DNA of 64,000 bases, from sequence record NC_010105.1; one strand, written 5' to 3'. The notes below the pieces were generated by a model. That model saw only the letters and a list, made by a program, of their open reading frames with translations. It was not told where the DNA came from and did no database searches. Positions 17,963 through 26,811 of this stretch are shown in pieces; position 1 is the stretch's first letter, and every line of letters begins with the position of its first letter. Made by a program: the position numbers and the translations under genes. The stretch is from Escherichia phage JS98.

Positions 17963-18202
17963 TTATTTTAACGAATCTTCCAAATAAATTTTACGGAATT
18001 TACGTTTGGTCTGACGAATCTGACGCTTAGTAGGCTTCACAGGAAATTCGAAGAACTCTACATATTCCTGTTCATAATCGTTATGACCTACTGAAAGAAC
18101 TAGTTCCCAGCTGCTTACGGTGCGTTGGATAAACATATTATGCTTACCGAAAGATTTATTCCAAAAAGAACTAGGAGTTGGTTTCATTAGTACGATATTC
18201 AT
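17963..18202 (-). CDS. small basic protein, PTKRQIR-motif family
   Basis: 79 aa; C-terminal KPTKRQIRQTKRKFRK. Confidence 0.45.
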   Translation of the reverse strand: MNIVLMKPTPSSFWNKSFGKHNMFIQRTVSSWELVLSVGHNDYEQEYVEFFEFPVKPTKRQIRQTKRKFRKIYLEDSLK

Positions 18203-18343
18203 TTATTCCTCGTCTTCATGTTTATGAGCAATTTCTTCGAATTCGCTATCACAGTCTAAACAGGTTGCGTTGTCCCAAGCATCAAATACTGCTTGGTCTT
18301 CACAGACCGAACAACCACATACTACACATTCAAACTCTTCCAT
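18203..18343 (-). CDS. small Cys-rich zinc-ribbon-like protein
   Basis: 46-aa ORF not in track; MEEFECVVCGCSVCEDQ...CLDCD; leader identical to dmd leader. Confidence 0.4.
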   Translation of the reverse strand: MEEFECVVCGCSVCEDQAVFDAWDNATCLDCDSEFEEIAHKHEDEE

Positions 18344-18547
18344 TTAGATTTCCTCAATGCGGGCATCATATTCAAAAACTTTATTATCATTAACAAAGGC
18401 TTTCACCAGTGCATTATTCACTTCTGCATACTGCACCGTAACCCATTCAATCATTTTTTGGTCACTAACATCCAGAGCAGTTTCTTTGGTAAACATATTA
18501 CCATTTTCAAACCAACCAATAAACACTACGTTCTCTAATTTATACAT
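18344..18547 (-). CDS. dmd: Dmd-like antitoxin (inhibitor of RnlA/LsoA-type RNase toxins)
   Basis: 67 aa; VVFIGWFENGNMFTKE...QYAEVNNALVKAF matches T4 Dmd as recalled; between 61 and 41. Confidence 0.75.
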   Translation of the reverse strand: MYKLENVVFIGWFENGNMFTKETALDVSDQKMIEWVTVQYAEVNNALVKAFVNDNKVFEYDARIEEI

Positions 18548-18865
18548 TTAGATTTCCTCACAGAAGGCCCATTCAGCGTGATAAACCGTAGCGCCTTTAG
18601 TATCATTTAAACAAACCACATCTACCGGAGCAATTACACGATAAAGACGAGGTTCTCCTCCCACTGAACGAGCAGCTCGTCCAGCATAAATCTTAGCCAA
18701 ACCAATATCTTCAGTAAAGAACACACGATTCAGGTTTTTCTTACGACCAGTTTCAGACAGAACTCCTGTTTCCTCAGGAGGACAAAGCATATTACCAATA
18801 TTAGCAACACTACAACTTCCATGATAATACACTTTATATTCTGCTTTACAGTCGATGGTTTTCAT
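18548..18865 (-). CDS. hypothetical protein
   Basis: start re-placed to ATG 18865 (MKTIDC); track start 18877 is TTG. Confidence 0.45.
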   Translation of the reverse strand: MKTIDCKAEYKVYYHGSCSVANIGNMLCPPEETGVLSETGRKKNLNRVFFTEDIGLAKIYAGRAARSVGGEPRLYRVIAPVDVVCLNDTKGATVYHAEWAFCEEI

Positions 18866-18889
18866 TTTGTTCTCCAAGTTGATAGGTCT

Positions 18890-18918
18890 ATAGTATCATG
18901 CCTACAGGAGAAGTAAAC
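18890..18918 (-). promoter_or_regulatory. early promoter (GTTTAC-N17-TACTAT)
   Basis: atagta 18890-18895, gtaaac 18913-18918. Confidence 0.6.
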
Positions 18919-18931
18919 CCTTAAAACAAAA

Positions 18932-18949
18932 AAGGAGCCGAAGCTCCTT
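18932..18949 (-). terminator. intrinsic terminator after gene 41
   Basis: aaggagc-cgaa-gctcctt overlapping gp41 stop; minus strand followed by TTTTTTGTTTT. Confidence 0.6.
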
Positions 18950-20387
18950 AAAATTTGATAGATGCTGCTAAATCGTCTAAATCGCTTCTATTAACACGCG
19001 ACTGTCGATTGACCTCTGCTTGGCGGTTCATTTCACCTGTAGCCTCACGAACGGTGTTCACTGGGCCTGGGTTAGAATCGTCTTCAACTTCATACCAACG
19101 CTGGTTTCCTTTCTTAACACCAATCTTAAATTTGTTGTAGTAGCTCTTATCGCCATAACGAGATTTGAGCTGCTTAACCATCTGCATACCCATCTGAGCA
19201 AACTCTTCTGTCTCGACCACACCTAACATGAAGTCTGCAGTATGTGCAATACCAAAGGATTCAGCTATATCAGCCATATCGATTTCGGCGGCAACGTTCG
19301 CACCACGAGTAGTCTGGGCTGCAGTCCACAACAATAATTTCTTCTCTACTGCAAGTCCACGTAGTTCTTCGGCAACCATCTTAATCAATCCATAACTGTT
19401 TTCAGAGAAAACTTTCGTACGGGATGAAGCACAGATAGCCAAGTAGTCGACGATAACGACCTGTGGGACAAAGTTTTGTTTGAGCTTGTATTCGTTTAAT
19501 AATGCACGGAATGTATCGGCATTAGCACCACCAGTAGGGTACTGTTTAATCTTTAAACGACCTAAAGTAGCAGTTGAACGCCACTTATCCATCTTAGCTT
19601 TATATTCAGGCCATGAGACGTGACCATCATCGATATCATCCAATGATACATCCAGAAGGTTAGCATCGATACGCTTAGCACATACTTCCTCTGCCATCTC
19701 CATGGAGATATAAAGAACATCGTAACCGGATTGAAGGTAATCAGCAGCCAATGAACACAGACCCAGAGACTTACCTACGTTTGTTCCTGCCAACAATACG
19801 TTTTCAGTACCGAACTCTGCTCCACCCTTAGTAATCTTATTCAGAATATTAAGACGGAATGGAACCTTACGTGCTTTATCGGAATAACTTTTAAAACGTT
19901 CTTCATAGTCATCCATCCAGTCATGGCCTAATTCAGAATCGAAACAAATCGATAATGCATCGCGCATGATATCCGGAATAGCACCAATACCTGGGAGTTT
20001 TCTATTTTGTTGCTCAACCGGAAGGTCGGCATTAGTTTGAATTTCAATAATTTTTGAAGTGGCATTATACATCGCTGCCTTCTGAACATATTTCTCTGTC
20101 TCTTTAACCAACCATTCTTGGTCTTCAGGGCCAGCGTTCAGTGAACTTAAAAGCTCTTTAGCTCCTTGGTGTTCAACTTCTGAAAGGGTGCTGTTATCTA
20201 ATGCAATACTCAAAGCATTTTTAGAAGGCACCGCATTATATTCATTGACATGTTTTTTGATTTCTTTGAAAAGGGTCTTTGCCGGACCCTGGTCAAAATA
20301 AGAATCATTCATATAAGGCCAGACCTTAGTGAAATAATCACTATTGCCTAGCAGTTGAGCCAAAATAGTTTCTACCACTTCCACCAC
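18948..20387 (-). CDS. 41: replicative DNA helicase gp41 (DnaB-like)
   Basis: 479 aa; near-collinear with T4 gp41 as recalled. Confidence 0.92.
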   Translation of the reverse strand: MVEVVETILAQLLGNSDYFTKVWPYMNDSYFDQGPAKTLFKEIKKHVNEYNAVPSKNALSIALDNSTLSEVEHQGAKELLSSLNAGPEDQEWLVKETEKYVQKAAMYNATSKIIEIQTNADLPVEQQNRKLPGIGAIPDIMRDALSICFDSELGHDWMDDYEERFKSYSDKARKVPFRLNILNKITKGGAEFGTENVLLAGTNVGKSLGLCSLAADYLQSGYDVLYISMEMAEEVCAKRIDANLLDVSLDDIDDGHVSWPEYKAKMDKWRSTATLGRLKIKQYPTGGANADTFRALLNEYKLKQNFVPQVVIVDYLAICASSRTKVFSENSYGLIKMVAEELRGLAVEKKLLLWTAAQTTRGANVAAEIDMADIAESFGIAHTADFMLGVVETEEFAQMGMQMVKQLKSRYGDKSYYNKFKIGVKKGNQRWYEVEDDSNPGPVNTVREATGEMNRQAEVNRQSRVNRSDLDDLAASIKF

Positions 20388-20701
20388 CTCTTAGATTTAA
20401 TTTTATCCAGTTCTTCTTGTATTTGCATTGTAACACATTTTTCTACATGAAGCGCTAGCTCTTCTTTTCGGTCTTCGGAAGGCGTTCCGAAATCAACCGA
20501 CACTTTTCCATCTTTCTCAATAACAATATTCATCACATAAACGATGTGAGCAGTGCCATCGGGTAATGTAAGCATAATTTCCTGCTTAACAGAACCCATT
20601 GACTTACGGATTATATCTAACGATTTCTCATAATAACGAGGGTCACTAGGACCCTCTTCAGTATCTTTAACAAAATTATCTAAATCAGATAAATCAGTCA
20701 T
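20372..20701 (-). CDS. 40: gp40-like protein
   Basis: 109 aa between uvsX and 41, the T4 gene 40 position. Confidence 0.45.
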   Translation of the reverse strand: MTDLSDLDNFVKDTEEGPSDPRYYEKSLDIIRKSMGSVKQEIMLTLPDGTAHIVYVMNIVIEKDGKVSVDFGTPSEDRKEELALHVEKCVTMQIQEELDKIKSKRWWKW

Positions 20702-21866
20702 CTAAATCCATCTCTTCTAAATCGTTTTCGATATCAGCGGCACTTTGGGCATTGCCACCTAATTTAACAGCAACGTTCTTAGAGACACGAGAGTTAATAA
20801 GGTCGTTAACCGCATCGTCAACTTCTTTAATAGAATTAATTGCACCGAGCTTATACTTATTCTCGATTGCTTCACGGAACGGAGCATGTTTAAACAGCGG
20901 TCCCCAGAACTCAACACAATCGGTAGCTTTAGCACGCCATGCTTTTTCTTCTTGAACCATTTCACCCGTGGTTTCGTCAAGGAATGCACGATTATACCAA
21001 CCAGCTTTAGGTTTCACAACAAAGCCAATATCAGTAGCCATTTCGAGCAGACCACTAAATGGGTCGATACCACCTTCAAAGTTCACAGTAATTGGGAACG
21101 TTGATTTCTCTTTAACAGTACGAGATTTTTCGGCCTTCAGGGTGAAGTCATAACCAGTGAGCTCGGTACCATCTTTAACCTGACGTTTGGAGATAAAGAA
21201 CACGGTAGAAGCAGAGTACAGAATACCAGTACCGCCACCCATAATCTCTTTAGGATACATTCCACCAATTTCCATAGCCGTATGGTTAATTGCTACGCAA
21301 GGAATATCCTTGATAGTCAGATAAGGTGTTACGATACGGAACAGAGATTTCAGAGACTTAGCACGAGTCATATCACCTACAACTTTCTCGTTCAAAGCAT
21401 CTTCGGTTTCTTTCTTAGAAGCAGTGTTACCGATGGAGTCGATAAAGATAATAACCTTTTCACCACGAGTAATTTCTTCTAATTGGTTGGTCATGTCAAC
21501 CTTCAGTTGTTCGACTGACTGGATTGGCGTATGAACCACACGTTCCAGGTCAACACCCATTGAACGGAAATAAGATTCTGAAGCACCGAACTCAGAGTCA
21601 TAGAACAAGCAAATTGCGTCTGGATATTTCTTCATATATGCCGCAACCATAGTTAATCCAAACAACGTTTTAAAGTGTTTAGACGGCGCAGCAAAGATTG
21701 TCAAACCTGATTGTAAGCCTGCATTCAATGCACCACCCAATGCAATATTAAGCATAGGAATACGAGTAGGAACTTCGTCACGACCATTAAACAATTTAGA
21801 TTTGGTCAGGTCGGCAGTCATTTTAGAAGTAGAAGCTTTAATCAAACGGGATTTTAAATCAGACAT
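20694..21866 (-). CDS. uvsX: UvsX recombinase (RecA-like)
   Basis: 390 aa; RecA-like core; length as T4 UvsX. Confidence 0.92.
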   Translation of the reverse strand: MSDLKSRLIKASTSKMTADLTKSKLFNGRDEVPTRIPMLNIALGGALNAGLQSGLTIFAAPSKHFKTLFGLTMVAAYMKKYPDAICLFYDSEFGASESYFRSMGVDLERVVHTPIQSVEQLKVDMTNQLEEITRGEKVIIFIDSIGNTASKKETEDALNEKVVGDMTRAKSLKSLFRIVTPYLTIKDIPCVAINHTAMEIGGMYPKEIMGGGTGILYSASTVFFISKRQVKDGTELTGYDFTLKAEKSRTVKEKSTFPITVNFEGGIDPFSGLLEMATDIGFVVKPKAGWYNRAFLDETTGEMVQEEKAWRAKATDCVEFWGPLFKHAPFREAIENKYKLGAINSIKEVDDAVNDLINSRVSKNVAVKLGGNAQSAADIENDLEEMDLDD

Positions 21867-22068
21867 TATATTTTTCCATAGGCATCATTATATTTTTCTC
21901 ACGTTTTAAGATAGGGTAATTATATCACTTCACAGCTACAGCATTACTTAATTCCTCGGTTGATAGCCTTATCGACTATCTTCCGAACTTCTCGTTTCTC
22001 GAGCCACACTAATAATAGCAAGGCTCCGAAAGAGAATAATAACAAACCTATAAAAAGCAATAGAGGAC

Positions 22069-22962
22069 CTAGCATACTACGTCCTCATAACGTGGCATTT
22101 CGTATTCAGAATGAATATTGGCACCGAAATAAATGAATTCAGCCAGACCAGGATGGAATACTAAACCTGGGTTCTCATGATAAATGATATGTGGTCTTGA
22201 TTTCAGAATTTGATAATATTCAACCTTACTCGGTTTGAATTTAATAATCTCTACATCAGGACGATAGTCTTCGCGCTTAAATGAATCATTCGGGTCGGTG
22301 ATATAAAGACGAGCACCTTCAGCAGCAGCTTGGTCTACAACTCTTTCGAATTGATAGCACTTATCCGAAATACGGAATGGATGGAAAATACCATCAATTT
22401 TAATAGGCGCTAGACCTTCAGAGTAACGCTCAATTACTGCAGGATTAATTACCTTTTGGTCTACAAAAATCTTATCAGAGGATGCACCTCGTGACACCAG
22501 GACGTCTTTCTGGCATTGGTTCAGGACTGTAGTATAAAGTGAACGTTCAACTGAAGCCACATCAATATCAATGAACTCGTCGATATAATAACGAGGAACT
22601 TCAGGGTCCATTGTGATATTAAAGTTGAATTGTACAGTATGAGCACCATCATAACCTGTGATATCGGTTACCAGTCCTGAGCAATCGTAGTATTCGATTA
22701 GTGAATCGACTACAAACTCATTTTCAGACCAGAAATGTTTACGGGTTTCATAAGCATTTTCTTTATACCAAAGTGGTACGAAATTCAGTTCTGGGAATAA
22801 TTCAATGCATTCTTTGATATCGCTCGAATTTCTAGGATAAGCCAGATAATCACCTGGACGGGCACGATTTAAATGGAGTTGAAAATTACCGTCCTTAAGG
22901 ACGGCATATTCACCTGTTTCGTAACTACGCATACTGAAAATAGGAACGATAAACAAACTCAT
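22069..22962 (-). CDS. orphan 297-aa protein in the beta-glucosyltransferase slot (candidate DNA-modifying transferase)
   Basis: ATG 22962 overlaps stop of hydroxymethylase gene (ATGA); lies between uvsX and 42 where T4 has beta-gt; no resemblance to T4 beta-gt as recalled. Confidence 0.6.
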   Translation of the reverse strand: MSLFIVPIFSMRSYETGEYAVLKDGNFQLHLNRARPGDYLAYPRNSSDIKECIELFPELNFVPLWYKENAYETRKHFWSENEFVVDSLIEYYDCSGLVTDITGYDGAHTVQFNFNITMDPEVPRYYIDEFIDIDVASVERSLYTTVLNQCQKDVLVSRGASSDKIFVDQKVINPAVIERYSEGLAPIKIDGIFHPFRISDKCYQFERVVDQAAAEGARLYITDPNDSFKREDYRPDVEIIKFKPSKVEYYQILKSRPHIIYHENPGLVFHPGLAEFIYFGANIHSEYEMPRYEDVVC

Positions 22963-23657
22963 TTCAGGAAACCTCGGACGTAGTCAAAATCACGTTCAAA
23001 CACGTGTGCACTTACCATGGTGTGGGAATATGTACCCAAACCGACACCACACTGTTCAGCAATAAATGCCATCAGTTTACCCTGCAGATAGAAATCCAGC
23101 TGCATAACAACAGCACAGTTCTGCGAACGCATATGGGTGTGTGCATACAACCGTCCGTCACGAATATAATACGTTACCGAATCGGTACATGGATATTCTA
23201 AGGATTCATCAGAATCAAGGAGGGCTTGGTCTTGTTCTTGGAGAATCTGGAACACGACTCTTCGCGAGTTAGCCTTTTCTTTAAGCTCTTTAAGTAGGGC
23301 TGGGAGCTGGGCCACAATTCGAGGTCCATAGAAAGTGTTGAAGTTTGCAGGCAATACGTCACTTTTCGGCTTATCAATGAACTTAGCAACATTAGGATAT
23401 TCCTTAAATGCTTCGGCAGCGTCAGTACCACCAGAAATCATAAATTTCCAAAAGGATTCGGCATATTCATAACTAATACGATTGATACGTGGGTCGGTGA
23501 ATTTATAGGTGCTTGCATCCAGTACTTCTACAGAAGCAGAACCAATTTCATAACAACGTCCGATACGAGAATCAACTGCAAACTGTGGAGCTTCCAGGAT
23601 TTCTTCGTTCATTTGTTTAAATGCGTTTTCAAAACTAACAGCGGTAATGTGTTTCAT
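22959..23657 (-). CDS. 42: dNMP hydroxymethylase (thymidylate synthase superfamily), gene 42-like
   Basis: 232 aa; NSRRVVFQ...CTDSVTYYIRDGRLY...MRSQN core similar to T4 gp42. Confidence 0.75.
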   Translation of the reverse strand: MKHITAVSFENAFKQMNEEILEAPQFAVDSRIGRCYEIGSASVEVLDASTYKFTDPRINRISYEYAESFWKFMISGGTDAAEAFKEYPNVAKFIDKPKSDVLPANFNTFYGPRIVAQLPALLKELKEKANSRRVVFQILQEQDQALLDSDESLEYPCTDSVTYYIRDGRLYAHTHMRSQNCAVVMQLDFYLQGKLMAFIAEQCGVGLGTYSHTMVSAHVFERDFDYVRGFLK

Positions 23658-24190
23658 TTATTCACCTTATTTTCAATATATTCGTTCAGACGTTTTAATT
23701 CTACCATATCAACATTAAGCAAATTATTATGGCCGTCATGGTTTAAGATTTTAAACACGTTTTCAAAACATGTTTCGTATTGCCGGATAGTTAGGTTGAA
23801 CTCATCTTTGGTTAATTTAATAAGGTCGTCTTCGAAGTCTTCGTCTAATGGATTACGAGTTAAAATAACCTCGATAACGTTAAATTCGGATTTAAACCCT
23901 TTCCAATCTTCCAGTTCTACATAAGGGTCCATTTCACCACGAAGGAATCCTGAGTAAACAATATTACTTGGATAACCACGGTCAAGGATATAAACGAAAT
24001 TAGGGTCTAAAAACTTATACAGAGTTTCAACTAAAGCCTTATCGTTATCAGTTCCTAATGAAATACACTTGCCATTAATCTTTTTAGGAAAATCAATAAG
24101 GCGGTATTTCTTATTGGATAACAGATTTTTAATTAAAGTGGACTTCCCGGAATTATCCGGGCCGTCTATAACAATGATTTTTGGATTCAT
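23654..24190 (-). CDS. P-loop kinase (dNMP/nucleoside kinase-like)
   Basis: 178 aa; Walker A GPDNSGKST; DRGYPS (DRY-like) motif; ATGA coupling at both ends. Confidence 0.6.
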   Translation of the reverse strand: MNPKIIVIDGPDNSGKSTLIKNLLSNKKYRLIDFPKKINGKCISLGTDNDKALVETLYKFLDPNFVYILDRGYPSNIVYSGFLRGEMDPYVELEDWKGFKSEFNVIEVILTRNPLDEDFEDDLIKLTKDEFNLTIRQYETCFENVFKILNHDGHNNLLNVDMVELKRLNEYIENKVNK

Positions 24191-24570
24191 GGATGATAGG
24201 CCTTATAACTATCAAGAGTTCCTTCACGAACCATTTCTTTAAAGTGGTCAGGACGGATTGCTCGGTCATCGATGATAAAAGTATAACTCGGCTTGTGTGT
24301 AAGCAAATTGTGATATTTCAATCCAATTTTTTCAAGGTTCTTAACCAATGCAGGAACTACTTCAACCAAGATTCGACCTGGGCCACATGAAGTCATGCCA
24401 CGGGCGGTGAACAATGTAATCTCGTACCCTTCATCATAAAGCTTATTAATCATGGACACCATTTCGGTGTCCGGTTTAAAGTTCTCATAATCACGGTCAT
24501 GGTTCCAAATCGTGATTGTGTTATCGATATCAAAACATAAATGTGGCTTATTTTCTACTCGATGCGACAT
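24187..24570 (-). CDS. HAD-superfamily phosphatase
   Basis: HAD motif I CFDIDNTIT, motif II LFTAR; start placed at ATG 24570 (TAATG coupling); 24585 is alternative. Confidence 0.6.
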   Translation of the reverse strand: MSHRVENKPHLCFDIDNTITIWNHDRDYENFKPDTEMVSMINKLYDEGYEITLFTARGMTSCGPGRILVEVVPALVKNLEKIGLKYHNLLTHKPSYTFIIDDRAIRPDHFKEMVREGTLDSYKAYHP

Positions 24571-26243
24571 TAAATTTTCTTCCATTGTTTGTGGAGTTCA
24601 GTAGAACCTGTAGGTTTATATTTTACACCAGTTTCCTGGTCAAGCAAAACCCACTTATCAGGACAACGAGTAATAATTTGGGCCGTAATAGGGTCACGAA
24701 CTTCATCGACAAATTCACCCGTAATAAGCTTACGCTTACGAGGATGCCGCTTCAGCAGCACACTCAGTTGGTACAAACCGTTATAATAAGCACCCAGAGC
24801 TTTCAGAGGGTTATTCTTAAAGTACCCTGCCAGAGCCATCCAAATAACAGCAATCCAGAGCTTGTGCTTAAATGTGCACATAGGGATATCGTCTAAAGGC
24901 ATAACCTTTTCGATATCAACGAATACACGAGTTCCGTTACGAGTTAATCCACCCCATAGAGGGTCTGAGTTAAATTTGTCATAGCCATCGATAGAATAAA
25001 GCACCTTAGCTTCATCATAAATCGCAGGGCCTTTAGAACTATTACCGAAATAACCACGTGGGTCGATGATTTTAATATCACCTTCGTCCGACAGCATAAT
25101 ATTACTGTAGTGCGGGTCACCATGAATAAGTTGGTACGGTTCTTTATGTTCAGACAGAATTTCTAGTGCATGGCGAAGAAGTTTTTCAGGGTCGCCTACT
25201 TTGAAATCGTTAACATGGGTAATGCCTTGTGGAGCAAAGCCTTCAATCAACCCAGCAATAGAAGCATTACGAATAAGGACCTTGTCCAACACTTCTTTCT
25301 TAACATCAGAATACCATTGTTCATCGGACGGGTTATCAATAGTTCCACCAAATGAACGTAATGCACTAATGACCTTATAAACCATGAGGACTTTAGTTTC
25401 TTTGGACATAAACCGGTATGCATCTGCCATGGTACGACCAAAGATACGTTCCATTTTAATGAATTCGCCTGGAGAAAAGTCTACAATGCTAGGAACGAAT
25501 TCAGAATCAATAGAATTATACCAATTGATTTCTTTAGATTGAATTTCTTTACCTAATTCGTTAGTTGGTACTTTAATAGCCAGATTCTCGGTGAACTCTA
25601 ATTTATTAAATTCACGGTTAATTTCAGAATCTTCATGGGCTTTAGCCAGTTTCAATTTGTCACCGACATCAACTACAAAGTCCAGTTTACGTTCAGTCAA
25701 ATAGACCATTGAATCCAGGTTATCGGCAAGGTCTTCACCATAATTAGAACGGTCGAAACCTGTCCAATTGGCCACCTGATACAAACCAACTACGCCACCG
25801 CCCGTACCAATTTCACGTAAGTACGGTTCTTCAAATGTAAAACGACAGTCAGTTCCATAGGTATAACAGTAGTCATTACCCCATTCAACTTTATGACCGA
25901 TAGGAATGATGTCACACCAGTTAAACAGGACATTATGGCCAATGATATCTTCGGCAATACAATCGATAGCATGAGCTGAACCATTAGCAACATCAACGTT
26001 ACGAATAGTGAATTTAGGCTTATCACCAGTAATCATATTAATGGATTTAATATAGCCTTTAACGAGGTCGTTAAATTTGCTGTGAATAACCAGAATAATT
26101 TCATCTGATTGGTTACTATACAAATCATACAAATGCTTTAATACCGTATGTTGTTTGTAGTTAACCAATACCTTCGGGATTTCGTTAGTAATTGGATACA
26201 ACCGTGAGCCAAGACCTGCGCCTAAAATAACAACCTTTTTCAT
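24570..26243 (-). CDS. bifunctional sugar-phosphate nucleotidyltransferase / APH-ChoK-like kinase
   Basis: N-terminal MKKVVILGAGLGSRLYPIT (RmlA/MurU-type NTase); C-terminal HGDPHYSNIML...IIDPRGY (Brenner kinase motif); ATG 26243 with SD GAGGAA. Confidence 0.65.
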   Translation of the reverse strand: MKKVVILGAGLGSRLYPITNEIPKVLVNYKQHTVLKHLYDLYSNQSDEIILVIHSKFNDLVKGYIKSINMITGDKPKFTIRNVDVANGSAHAIDCIAEDIIGHNVLFNWCDIIPIGHKVEWGNDYCYTYGTDCRFTFEEPYLREIGTGGGVVGLYQVANWTGFDRSNYGEDLADNLDSMVYLTERKLDFVVDVGDKLKLAKAHEDSEINREFNKLEFTENLAIKVPTNELGKEIQSKEINWYNSIDSEFVPSIVDFSPGEFIKMERIFGRTMADAYRFMSKETKVLMVYKVISALRSFGGTIDNPSDEQWYSDVKKEVLDKVLIRNASIAGLIEGFAPQGITHVNDFKVGDPEKLLRHALEILSEHKEPYQLIHGDPHYSNIMLSDEGDIKIIDPRGYFGNSSKGPAIYDEAKVLYSIDGYDKFNSDPLWGGLTRNGTRVFVDIEKVMPLDDIPMCTFKHKLWIAVIWMALAGYFKNNPLKALGAYYNGLYQLSVLLKRHPRKRKLITGEFVDEVRDPITAQIITRCPDKWVLLDQETGVKYKPTGSTELHKQWKKI

Positions 26244-26303
26244 TATCTGTTCCTCAAGTGAATGTAGGTACATTATACACTATTTTTAATAAATTTCTAT
26301 TGC

Positions 26304-26804
26304 TTAAATCTTATCTTTACCGTATTCCATGCACTGTTCTACTGCAGCAGGCACTTTGGTCTTAAGCTTGTTGATTTGTTTCTTATAATCACGGGCCTTA
26401 TCGAAGCTCTCGGTTTCGAGCATTTCGTAATAACGAGCCTCATGGACAGAAATCTGTAAATTGATATGGTTTACACACATAGAATACAGTTTCTGCTTTT
26501 TGTACAAATCATCTTGGCGCTTCATTTCTGCCTGGTGTTTGGCTAGTACCGCTTCACGCTTAGACTCTTGTTCACGTTGGAATTCGATTTCCCTTTGAGC
26601 ATATTTTGCACAGTTATTACCACATTGATTATTAGCTCGGGTGTACACAAGTCCAGAACCGGCACGGAATTTCATTTCGCCGTCGAATTGTTTCTGTTCA
26701 GCTGCGATACGAGCTTTACCAACTTCATCAGCAGAAACTGCACCACCGTATTGGACTGCGCAACCTGATAGGAGCATACTCATTGCGATAATTAACTTTT
26801 TCAT
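26304..26804 (-). CDS. putative lipoprotein
   Basis: 166 aa; MKKLIIAMSMLLSGC lipobox. Confidence 0.5.
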   Translation of the reverse strand: MKKLIIAMSMLLSGCAVQYGGAVSADEVGKARIAAEQKQFDGEMKFRAGSGLVYTRANNQCGNNCAKYAQREIEFQREQESKREAVLAKHQAEMKRQDDLYKKQKLYSMCVNHINLQISVHEARYYEMLETESFDKARDYKKQINKLKTKVPAAVEQCMEYGKDKI

Positions 26805-26811
26805 AATATCC

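Noticed and set aside
21944-22075. Possible 43-aa hydrophobic ORF between uvsX and the orphan gene
   Set aside because: Start overlaps the upstream gene out of frame and support is only a moderate SD; too speculative to annotate
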